Below are positions 20,055 to 30,306 of a DNA stretch of 64,000 bases, piece by piece. Made by a program: the position numbers and the translations under genes. Every line of letters begins with the position of its first letter. The first letter of the stretch is position 1. The notes beneath the pieces were generated by a model. That model ran no database searches and was not told the origin of the DNA. It saw only the letters and a list, made by a program, of their open reading frames with translations. Origin of the DNA: an uncultured Acidobacteriota bacterium (GTDB lineage: Bacteria > Acidobacteriota > Vicinamibacteria > Vicinamibacterales > CAVPJW01); the NCBI GenBank assembly GCA_963705525.1, contig CAVPJW010000005.1, positions 19,796 to 83,795 of the forward strand. Reading direction: 5' to 3'.

Positions 20055-22018
20055 ATGTGCGGCATCGCCGGGCTTTGGACCCTGAGCGGGGCCCCATCCG
20101 ACTTGCTCGCGGCAACCGCGCGGGCGATGGCCGATGCAATGGTCCACCGCGGACCGGACGACGCAGGCACATGGACCGAAGAGGAAGCCGGGATCGGATT
20201 TGGCCACCGGCGCCTCGCGATCGTGGATCTTACGCCAGAGGGCCATCAGCCGATGGGCTCGGCCGACGGGCGGTGGGTGATCTCGTTCAATGGCGAAATC
20301 TATAACTACAAAGCGATTCGCGCCGAACTTGATGCGGCGGGCGGACCCTTACCGTGGCGTGGCCATTCGGACACCGAGGTGCTGCTCGCCGCGATCGTCC
20401 GCTGGGGAGTCGAGGCGAGCCTCGACCGCGCCGTCGGTATGTTTGCTATCGCGCTCTGGGATCGAGCAGAGCGTACGCTATACCTCATGCGTGACCGCAT
20501 CGGTGAGAAGCCGCTCTACTACGGGCTGTGCGCCGACGACTTGGTGTTTGGTTCGGAGCTAAAGGCGCTGCGTGCGCACCCACGTTGGCGCGGTGACATC
20601 GATCGTGACTCTGTCGCGGCATTCATGCAGTATTCCTGTGTGCCTGCACCGAGGTCGATCTATCGGGGCGTCAACATGCTCCCGGCAGGCACATTCCTGG
20701 TGATTCGGCCCGACCATGTGTCCAGGCGCGTGTTGCCAGTGCCAAGGCGCTATTGGTCACTGACCGAAGCCATCGCCGCGGGGCGACGCTCCCCCCTTGT
20801 ACTGAGCCAGACCGAAGCGGCGGACATGGTCGAGCAACAGCTCCGCGTGGCAATCGCTGGCCAGATGGTCGCCGACGTTCCCGTTGGCGCGTTCCTTTCG
20901 GGCGGCATCGACTCTTCGGTTGTCGTGGCACTGATGCAAGCACAGGCCACCCAGCCGGTTCATACCTTTGCCATTGGGTTCACCGAGGCTGAGTACAACG
21001 AGGCCGGCCACGCGGCGGCAGTCGCGAAGCACCTCGGGTAACTGATCACACTGAGCTCATCGTGAGCCCGGATGAAGCGCGGGCTGTGATTCCCGAGCTT
21101 CCCGATGTTTACGATGAGCCGTTCGCGGATTCGTCGCAGATTCCGACGCTCCTCGTCTCCAAACTCGCGCGTCGGCACGTGACCGTAAGCCTTTCCGGCG
21201 ACGGGGGCGATGAGACGTTCGGGGGCTACAGCCGGCACTGGGGTCCCGATGCGCTTGGGCGGCGATTCATACACCAGTCGCGGCTGGTGCGCGCGGCTGC
21301 AGCGCGCGTCCTCACAGCAGTCCCCACTCGGGGCTGGGATGGCGTATTCAGGACTCTGGGGCTTGTATTCCCGTCCGCGCGACGCGTCACGATGCCCGGC
21401 GACCGCATTCACAAATCGGCGCGACTGGTCGGCGCCACAGGCGAAAGCGACCTCTACGAACGCCTCGTCTCAGTTTGGCATCCGTCCGCCGTCGTTCTTG
21501 GCGCCACCGCACAACGGCTCCCGGACGAGGTAACGCCGGGTCTCAGCGTTGCCGGGGAGCGCATGATGGTTCGCGACACGCTGCGCTATCTGCCCAACGA
21601 TATTCTGGCGAAGGTCGATCGCGCCGGCATGAGCGTTAGCCTGGAGAGCCGTATGCCGCTGTTGGATCACCGCCTGCTGGAGCTTGTCTGGCGATTGCCC
21701 GCCGAGGACAAGCTGGCCAACGGCGTCGGGAAGCGTGTCTTACGCACGGTGCTACACCGCTACTTGCCCCGGGCACTGGTCGAGCGGCCGAAGCAGGGGT
21801 TCTGCATTCCGGTGGATCGTTGGTTGCGCGGCCCGCTGCGCGAGTGGGGCGAGGGACTCCTCGATCCGGTGCGCATTCGTCGGGAGGGGTTTTTCGCTCC
21901 GCAGCCGATCAGCGCAGCGTGGCGTAACCATCAAGCCGGTCGGCGCAATTTGGCGGATCAGCTGTGGACCGTGCTCATGTTTCAGGCTTGGCTCGAGCGA
22001 TACGGCCACACCATCTGA
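20055..22018 (+). pseudogene. Asparagine synthase-family amidotransferase (second copy), frame break at ~21040
   Basis: MCGIAGLW start at 20055, HRGPDD, NGEIYNY, PP-loop FLSGGIDSSVV, ...AKHLG-stop. Then TDHTELIVSPDEARAVIPELPDVYDEPFADSSQIPT and LSGDGGDETFGGY follow in the next frame. Confidence 0.88.
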
Positions 22019-22205
22019 ACGCACCAGGGAGCGTGGCTCGCCCGAGTGCAATTGCCTTGATTCCCGGACGTGGTCGCTGTCTTCATGGGGTCAGCTACTG
22101 CGTCCTGTTCCTCGCGACGGTCTGCTCGGCGGTGAACCGGGTGCTGTCGTGAGCCTCCGCGCCTCGCGGCAGACCATCTCAAGGGCAAGGAGCCACGAAA
22201 GGCAA

Positions 22206-23563
22206 ATGAACAAGGTGCTTATGATTGCCCGCGTCTTTCCGCCCTTCCAATCCGTGGGACACTCAATTCGGGTGGTCAAGTTCATCAAGTACCTGCCGGC
22301 GTTGGGCTGGCTGCCGTCAGTCCTGACTATTGACGACCGAACGGAGTATGAGTTCGATCGTAAACAGGGTAGTGAAACCTTGCTTTCGGAGATCCCGCAA
22401 GAAGTGTCGATCTATCGGACAGCTGCAGGGGAGCCGTCGTTGAGAGTTTCTGGAAAAGGAGAGGGAATTTGGCCAGCGGAACTGGCTGACAAGAGTGATT
22501 GTGAAGGTTCTGGGTGGAGCACGTCGTTGGGCATTCCGAAACATCTTTCTGCCGGACCGGTACCTTGTCTGGCTGCCTTTCGCTCTAAGACGGGGGCGAC
22601 AGATTGTGAGGAGTGAAGGAATCGATGTCATCTTTGCCACATGCCCACCTCACTCTGCTACCCTGGTTGGCGCATTCTTGAAACTGATTGACGGGCAAGC
22701 CGCTCATTCTGGATTTCCGCGATGATTGGATTGACACGCCCTGGTATCATTCCAAGCCCACAATTATTCGCATGATCGATCGCAGGATGGAAAGCTGGGC
22801 GGTCAAGACAGCCGACAAGGTTATCCTGGTCACGGAATGGAGCAAGAACGCGTTCCTGGAGCGCTATCCCACAGAGCCCAGTGATAAATTCGTTTTCATT
22901 CCCAATGGTTGTGATCTTGCGGAGTTTGCTGTGCTGAATTCGATGACGCCAGCGCCCCGCAACTCCAAGTTCACGATTGTACATGCAGGATCCCTGAACG
23001 ATTCAAAGGATTGGACACGCAGTCCAGCGACGCTCTTTCAAGCCGTCCAGCACATTCTGCAACGAGCAACCAGAGCTGGCGGAGAAACTGACCTTGGCCT
23101 TTACGGGGTTCCTCCCAGAAGGACATCAGGCAGTTGGCAGAAGAAATGGGCTTGTCAGGTGTGGTCAAGGAGTTGGGGTTTCTGCCGCGTGATGAAGTTT
23201 TGCGCCTCTATGCAAGCAGCCGACCTGCTGCTTGCCATCAATTACGAGGGCTTTTCTACCCTGATCCCTGGCAAGATCTATGAGTACTGGGCTGTCGGTG
23301 GCCCGCCGATTCTCTTGCTCAGTTGTCCTGGCGCCGCGGCAAGCTTCGTGGAACAGCACAGCCTCGGACTCACGGTCGATCCTTCCGATGTAGCCGGGAT
23401 ACAACAAGCCATCCTGACGGTATATCGCCAAAGCAAGACGGCCGCGCCGCTGCGCGTGAGCACCGCCGGCATCGAGGCGTACGATCGCCAGGCATTGACC
23501 CGTAAACTTGCACAGGTTCTAGCACGTATGAGTTGTGACTGTGACTCATGTCCGGGCAGATAG
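22206..23563 (+). pseudogene. GT4 glycosyltransferase, diverged duplicate of 10927-12252 with about five frameshifts
   Basis: MNKVLMIARVFPPFQSVGHSIRVVKF... aligns residue by residue with copy 1. The alignment jumps frame near 22440, 22685, 23055, 23125 and 23215 (for example QPELAEKLTLAFTGFLPEGHQA and LAEEMGLSGVVKELGFLPRDEVLRLY lie in other frames). Confidence 0.82.
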
Positions 23564-23631
23564 CTCTTGTTGATCCACGCTAACGCCTTGGCGCATGGAG
23601 CATGCGGCATCAGCGCATGTGGCAGGCCAGT

Positions 23632-23652
23632 CGCCCTAGAGCAACTAGGGCG
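23632..23652. other. Perfect 8-bp inverted repeat (CGCCCTAG-agcaa-CTAGGGCG) at the GC-content break upstream of sulfotransferase 2
   Basis: Read directly from the sequence. No T-tract follows. The sequence becomes markedly AT-richer immediately downstream. Confidence 0.4.
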
Positions 23653-23669
23653 CTAGAATGTGAGGAAAA

Positions 23670-24551
23670 GATGACTGAACCGAAAGATCTATGGGTATTT
23701 TGGCCATCACAAATGTGCCAGTACGTGGTTCGGAGAGATATTTTCCGATGTTTGCCTTGACCTTGGACTTCGTTACAAAATCGTTTATAGGAAGCAGGAT
23801 TTCAATGGCGATCTGAGAAGGTACATCACGGAAAACAACATTGATTTCATAGCGTACGCCAATGCCGATTTCAGCCAAGTCGCCAAGTTGGAAAATCTTG
23901 TTGGGATCCATGCTGTGCGAGATCCGAGAGACATTATTGTTTCTGCCTACTTCTCGCATCTCAAGACACATTCAACAGATACTTGGCCGGAATTGATAGC
24001 ATATCGCAAGAAACTGCAACAGTGCGATCAAGAAACCGGCCTCTTCCATGAGATCGCCTTCAGGAAGGAGCAGTTCGATGAGATGAGATCTTGGAAGGAT
24101 TTTCACGGCGATAACATCATGCAGGTGCGCATGGAGGATGTTACCTCAAGGACCTATCAGTCCATGTTGTCGATCGTCGGCTTCTGGGATTGGTAAATGT
24201 AGGAACGTTACGGCTTCTCGAAAAGGCTCGAGTACTTGTTTGCAAAGCTTCTCAGAAATATCGAGTTCAAGGTTGGGAGTGCCGCTTCCTCGGATTCTTC
24301 ATGCTTTGCCAGCTGAGAGAATACTGGGAATAGTATGGAAAAACGAGTTTGAGAAGAAGTCAGGTGGAAGGAAGATAGGCGAAGAAAACAAAGATAGCCA
24401 TTACAGAAAAGGTGTTCACGGGGATTGGAAGAACTACCTGACCAGAGATCATATAGCGCTAATTAAGCAGCAGTACGACGACGTCATATTGCGATATGGT
24501 TATGAAAGGTCTCCAGAGAAGCACCGCGGGATAGCAGGGCTTGACGGATGA
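23670..24551 (+). pseudogene. Sulfotransferase (Sulfotransfer_1-like), at least 3 frameshifts
   Basis: ATG 23670 (MTEPK), then the next frame KIYGYFGHHKCASTWF (5'-PSB-like), HAVRDPRDIIVSAYFSH (3'-PB), and after breaks near 24190 and 24290 ...SHYRKGVHGDWKNYLT. This is the most AT-rich stretch of the window (by eye). Confidence 0.65.
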
Positions 24552-24599
24552 GGAGGCCGCTCAACTCACGTTGTTGCAGGGATTACCGCACCGTCCGGA

Positions 24600-24735
24600 T
24601 CTGACCGGATCGCTCAGCCGGCCGTGCAACGCGTGCATCGACTTGCGCTCGCTGTCACTGAAGAGCCGCTCGACATAGGCCGAAGATGGGCCTGGCAGGC
24701 GACGACCGCAGCGTACGGACGACCGTCCCGACCTG
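24600..24735 (-). pseudogene. Short N-terminal stub of an IS701-like transposase (related to the stub at 13100-13427)
   Basis: The minus strand reads ...AYVERLFSDSERKSMHALHGRLSDP.... Compare VYVDGLLGDSARKSMSAMLARVSEP in the first stub. About 30 aa only. Confidence 0.35.
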
Positions 24736-24903
24736 AAATTGGAAGCCGTAGGGCATAACCGGGCCCCGCAGAGCTTGGAATCGATCTACTCAAGACGGGG
24801 GGACGTCAATGTGGCCCGAAGAGGCGCATGTCATCGACCTTATCGCCCGCGTCCGCGCCGCGAAAAGTCCAGCTGTTGGAAAGAACTGCGGCGAAAAGTT
24901 CCA

Positions 24904-26400
24904 ATGATTGGAAAACTCCGGCAAACCAACGGCGGAACACTTGCCGCAACGTTCAGCCTTTTGCTCCTTGCGCTGCACGTCGCGGTTGCGTCGCTGGTCA
25001 CGAGCGACGGTTTCTTGAGCCCTGATTCCACCGGCTATCTGGCTCTCGCGCGAAATATGCTGGACGGCCACCTACTGCCTGATGGAGTTGCAACATCGCG
25101 GCGGCTTCGCGCATTTTTCTACGCAGCCGCCGCTGTATGCCGCCGGCATCGCGGCCGTCGGCGCGATCCTGCCGCACAACGCGATCGCCATCTTTGCCGC
25201 CTCGAAAATCTTCAACGTGATTTGCGCGGCGGCGACCATATGGATGCTGGCCCGCGCGCTTCCTAAGCAAGGATGGAGGGCCGGCTTGCTTCTGCTGGCC
25301 ATGCCGTTTCTTTCTCTTTTCACGTTCACATGGTCGGAGGCGCTTTTCATTCCATTGATGATCGCATTTGCGATTTCGTTCGACCGGCTGCGCGCCGGCA
25401 CAGAGCCGGCTTCTGGAACCGCCATTCTGGCCGGCCTGATTTCTTGCGCACTGATCGCGACGCGGTATGCCGGAATTTTTGCGCTGCTGGTGCTGGCGTT
25501 TGCAGCAGCTGTTGCGTTTCTTTGTCGTGACAAGCGGCGCGGAATTTTGGCCGCTTCTGCTGCGATGATGGGAGGCGTGGCACTCGCTTCGATTGTAATG
25601 TGGAACAGGCATGGCGGCGGGCTGGCCGGGAATCGCGCGGCGGCACCCGAATCGCTTATGGATCTGACCATGCAGGCCGGCCTCGCCCTTCTCGTTGCGA
25701 CGGACCTGATGGTGCGCGAACTTGGAACGTGGAAACGGACCGCCCTGGCGCTGATGACCGGCGCAATCGAAGCCGCGGCGGTCGTTCACGTCGGCGTGGT
25801 TCTTCGGCAGTGCCCGACATCTTCTCCGGCGACGATGTTCACTCTTCCCGCACCATGGCCATCGTGGGTGCCATTTATCTGGCGTGCATTATCGCGCTTC
25901 GCTTCGCCGTGCGATTCGATGCGCTCGGCTATCGGCTTCTTGGCCCCGGTGTGTTTTGCCTGTTCGTGGCCCTCGTGTTTTACGCCGAGCACGCGTTTCC
26001 TTCCGCTGCGTTGCAGGTTTTTCGCCGCTGGTGGATTGCGATCATCGTGATCGGTTTTTTGATGGGGTCGCCTCTTTATCTGCTCGACCATGCGCGGCCT
26101 TTTTATCTGCCGGAATGCGCGAGAATCCTGCGGCAGTATGAATCAGTTCCACCGCAGGCCATCGTCGCATTTGGCGACATGCACCTTCGATATCTTCGGC
26201 CGGACCTCGACAGCGTTTCGCCGCTCGATCCGCCGCACGCGATGCAGCCCGAGACGATGGCCGCGTTTCTGGAACGGATCAAGTCATCCCCCGCCGGGCA
26301 CGTTGTCATAGAAATGCGGCCCCCTTCGGAAATGGCGACGGAGGATCGCGCGGCGTTCATGCGGCAGCACGAAGGTGAAAGGTTTGTCGTCATCCGCTGA
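24904..26400 (+). pseudogene. Multi-pass membrane protein, GT-C/ArnT-like glycosyltransferase or polymerase (function uncertain), two frameshifts (~25080, ~25800)
   Basis: MIGKLRQ..LLLLALHVAVASLVTSDGFLSPDSTGYLALARNMLDGH, then FSTQPPLYAAGIAAVG... with 8-10 TM helices across three ORFs (24739, 25082, 25600). Soluble C-terminal ~110 aa. Confidence 0.4.
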
Positions 26401-27884
26401 CACTTACCTGCTTGGGAGTAAGTGCCATTGGTAAGCTCCTATATCTGGGGCCGAACCTTGGGGAACGATGGCTCCGGCGAAGTCTGAAGCTAATCCAACA
26501 TTAACCCCGGCATTGATTGCAGGAGAAGACGGCTGGAGCCGGAAATCGAACGTGGCCGGACTCACCATCAGCGGATCGGCAGAGACGACCGTGGGTTCCC
26601 AGGTGTTTACCGTCACTGCGATCCTTCCATGTGCCAGCGGTCACATCTCCCAATGCCACCATCCCCGTGACTCCATACGTGCGAAAGAGCGCATTGTGGC
26701 TATGGATCATCGATCCAGCCGTGTTGACGTAGACACACAAATTTCCATACCGGTTGGTGCCGGTGTTATAGATGAGATTGTTTCTGGCCGTCACGACTCC
26801 GATGGTTTGCGATGAATCATACAGACCAATACCACCCGTGGTGTAGATGACGTTATTGAAGAAGCGCAGCGCAGCGCCAGTGTAGTCTACGGCCGTCCCG
26901 CGCATGATCGCGATGCCACCGCCACCCGGGATCCAGCGTGCCAGACGCGAATTGATTGTAATACACGTCGGCCGTGATGGCCTGCCCTGGTTGAATAAAC
27001 AGCGCCCATTTGCTGGTCACTCTAATGTTGTTGTAGCGAACCGTAACGCCCGTGGGGAAATAGCCCGGTAGAGGCTCGTTGCTTTCGATGTGAAATCCGT
27101 GTCCGAAGCCTGATGCGCCCGTCGTGATCGTGTTGTGCTCGACCACGACGTTTGTCGTTTTGTTGTTGAGTTGTAATCCGTAACCAGTGGGCGTGTTTCG
27201 CCTGCCATAGTTCGTGATCGTGTTGTACCCGATATATGAGTCGCGAATGTGCGCGGGCACGGCACCGAGATCCGAGCGCCCTGGATAGAACGACAGCGCT
27301 TCATCATCGACCCCGTCAATCGTCACACGCTGAATCGTGATGTTGGACATGTCGTTGTGCCACGGTTGCACCAGCAAGCCCAGTCGATAATCGCCCCCGT
27401 TCCCGCAATTCGTGATGGTCACGTCTTGGATGGTGATAAACCTCTCCGCGTTTTGCACGGCGCCGATGCTGTTACCTCCATCAGGTCCCCCAATGATCAG
27501 GCCAAACGTCTGCGTGTTGTTGCCATCCACCGTCACGTTCTGGAAGGTCACATAACTGGCGCCGACGATATTAACGACCGCGTTGTTGCCCCAGGCGCGA
27601 TTCCCGCTCGATCGGATCACGGCATTCGCGCCCGATCCCCACAATCCGCCGTCCCAGACAATCGGCGCGCCGGTCGTTCCCCCGTGACTGATCTTCAATG
27701 CGGTCGTGGATGCCCACACATCGCCACGCTTGAGCGCAATCGTGTCTCCAGGCAGGAGCGTGGTGCTCGCGCATACGCTGGTGCAGCCGTCATCCCAGGC
27801 GCGTGGGCAAACGGGTGTCCTGGTGTCAAACCCCGTGTTGGCGTCAGACGCCGGCTTCGACACGTAGAACGATCCTCGTCGGCG

Positions 27885-28759
27885 ACGTGGGCGGTAGGTT
27901 GATGGCGTTGACGCTGATCGTGACATCGGCGGTCGCCGAGAGCGCACTGTCGGTGGCGGTCAAGCGGAGCACATAGGTCCCGGCCGACTGAGAAGCTCGC
28001 GGTGGTGCTCTGGGCGTTGACGTTGCCAAAGGTGACCGTGCCAGGGCCGCTGACTCTCGACCAGGTCCGAATCAGGGCGCTGCCCGCGGGCAGACCGTCG
28101 TCGGACGCCGTGCCGTTCAGGCTAGCTGAGGCCGGCAGCGTAATCGACTGATTGGATCCCGCGGAAACGGTGGGCGGCTGATTGACAGCCTGCGCGGCAT
28201 TGACGGCGATCGTCACGGTGGAACTCGTGGTCAGCGCCCCGTCAGTCGCGGACATTCCAAGCACATAGAGACCGGCCGCGGAGAAACTGGCGGTGGTGCT
28301 GCGGGCGGCGCTATTGCCGAACGTGATGCTGCCCGGACCGCCGACCTTGCTCCATTGCGTGGTCAGCGTACTGCCCCCTGGGAGGCCGTCATCGCTGGCG
28401 GTGCCATTCAGGCTCGCCGAGGCCGGCAGCGTGATGGTTTGAGGGGATCCGGCACTGACGGTCGGCGCCTTATTGGCGCCGTTGACCGCGACGGTGACAT
28501 CGGCCTTCGCCGAGAGAGCGCCGTCGGTGGCCGTGAGCCGCAGCACATACGTGCCGGCAGCGGAGAACGTGGCGGTGGTGCTCGGAGTGTTGACGTTGCC
28601 GAACGTGACCGTGCCAGTGCCGCTGACTTTGGACCAGCTCCGGGTGAGCGTACCTCCCGTGGGCAGACCGTCATCCGAGACCGTGCCGTTCAGGCTGGCC
28701 GGCACCGGCAGCGTGACGGCCTGATTGAATCCGGCACTGACGGTGGGCGGCTGATTGAC
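27885..28759 (-). repeat. About four tandem ~285-bp coding repeats (PKD/Ig-like units)
   Basis: Repeated protein units (...PTVSAG.NQ.ITLPASASLNGT.SDDGLP...) with recurring DNA strings such as GCCGTTCAGGCT.GC.GAGGCCGGCAGCGT. Confidence 0.7.
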
Positions 28760-28783
28760 TGCAGGTATGTAGAAACTTAACCG

Positions 28784-29674
28784 GGAGCCAGCGGCCCCAT
28801 AGTCGTACCCGCTCGAGGAGGTGAGCCACCGAAACTCGCCGATCCCCGGGCGCCACACGATCAGATCCGCTTTCCCATCTCCGTCGAGATCACCAGTCAG
28901 CGGCACATCGGGGACACCACCCACCGAGCCCCACTGCCTGGTGCCGGCGGCCGCGGAGTTGTACCCGGTCGAGGAGGTGAGGCAGGAGAACGTGCCGGTC
29001 CCCGGTCGCCAGAAAATCAAGTCTGCCTTGCCGTCCCCGTCGAGATCGCCGATGAGCGGCACATCGGGAACACCGCCCACCGAACCCCATTGCTTCGAGC
29101 CGGCGGCTCCATAGTTGTACCGGCTCGAGGAGGTGAGCCAGAAAAACTTGCCGGTCTGCGGGCGCCAGAAAATCAGGTCCGCTTTACCGTCCCCGTCGAG
29201 GTCACCCATCCGCGGCACATCGCCCGACGAACCCCACTGCCTCGCTCGGGCAGCCCCATAGCTGTACCCGCTCGACGACGTGAGCCAGAAGTATTTGCCG
29301 GATCCAGGGCGCCAGATGATCAGGTCCGCTTTGGCGTCGCCGTCGAGGTCACCGGTCAGCGGCACATCGCCCACCGAGCCCCATTGCTTCGTGCCGGCGG
29401 CTCCTTCGTTGTAGCCGCTCGACGACGTGCGCCAGCGAAACCGGCCGCTCCCTGGACGCCACAGGATCAAATCCGCTTTGCCGTCGCCGTCGAGGTCATC
29501 CATCAACGGCACATCGGAGCCATCACCCACCGAGCCCCATTGCTCCGTGCCGGCGGCCCCGTAGCTGTAACCGCTCGACGATGTGAGCCAGTGAAATTGG
29601 GCGGTCCCCGGACGCCACACGCTCAGGTCCGCCTTGCCGTCGCCGTCGAGGTCACCCACCAGCGGCACATCCGA
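28784..29674 (-). repeat. Six tandem ~140-150-bp coding repeats (FG-GAP/VCBS-like units)
   Basis: A recurring DNA core, ..TCCGCTTTGCCGTCGCCGTCGAGGTCA.C....AGCGGCACATCG.., is seen six times. Confidence 0.75.
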
Positions 29675-30306
29675 GGCACCACCGGCCGCGGCCTGCGCCG
29701 ACGCGGGCGAGGATGGCACGACCGCCACGGGCATCAGGAACCACGCGAGAAAAAGAAAGACGATCATGATCAGACGGCAGCGCGCCGACCGCGTCATCCG
29801 CCGTCCCAGTTTATTCAGATTAAGAACACTGAACATAACAGACCATCGCCAGCCCCGGGGCCGACTATTGCTGTGCATCCGCCAGGCCCACGGCTGACCT
29901 GGTTCAGAACAATGAAAAATCAGTGAACCGAGTCGATCTCGAACAGACCGACTCAGGACCCGGACATGCACTAACCTCTCCAGAAATTCCTCGAACGAGG
30001 AATCAGGCGTGCTGCTTTTCTACGATTGGGGAACCGACGTGGCGTTTTTCTGCGTGGATTCTGCTTCCGGCGGGCGCTTCACGGGTCAGGCCCGAGGCGA
30101 TCACACGGGTCGTGCCGCCTGTTGAGCACCGATTTCTGCGTGTATGGTTTCGCGTGCTCGGAGACTCCAATTACACTTTCGAGTCTGCCGCACATTTCTG
30201 AAACGCCAATCAGAAAAAAGATCTTCTTCTCGCCCGAATGGGCCCGTCTGATCGCGTCGTGATTCCGTGAGAAACCTTGTGCAACGGAAGGTTCAGGGCG
30301 GATCCA

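Larger units (their letters stand above)
26404..29797 (-). pseudogene. Giant secreted protein: signal peptide, 6 FG-GAP/VCBS-like repeats, ~4 PKD/Ig-like repeats, right-handed beta-helix (pectate-lyase fold) domain; at least 4 frameshifts in the 3' third
   Basis: MTRSARCRLIMIVFLFLAWFLMPVAVVPSSPASA; 6x (DVPL.GDLDGDGKADL..WRPG.G.F.WLTSSSGY); ~95-aa units NQPPTVSAG.NQ.ITLPASASLNGTASDDGLP...TFGN...STTASFSAAGTYVLRLTATDGAL. Then YVSKPASDANTG...ITIQDVTITNCGNGG...VVEHNTITTG... and the C-terminal DFRLQPSSPAINAG...APDIGAYQ. The pieces lie in ORFs 27695-29971, 27844-28029, 26853-27947, 26501-26905 and 26404-26616. Confidence 0.72.

Noticed and set aside
21684-22616. 310-aa ORF
   Set aside because: It is a chimera of an out-of-frame overlap with the 3' end of the second AsnB-like gene, the spacer, and the N-terminus of the GT4 pseudogene.
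27885-29674. Tandem repeats as a possible CRISPR or non-coding satellite
   Set aside because: The repeats are contiguous with no unique spacers. They are in frame and encode FG-GAP-like and PKD-like protein units.
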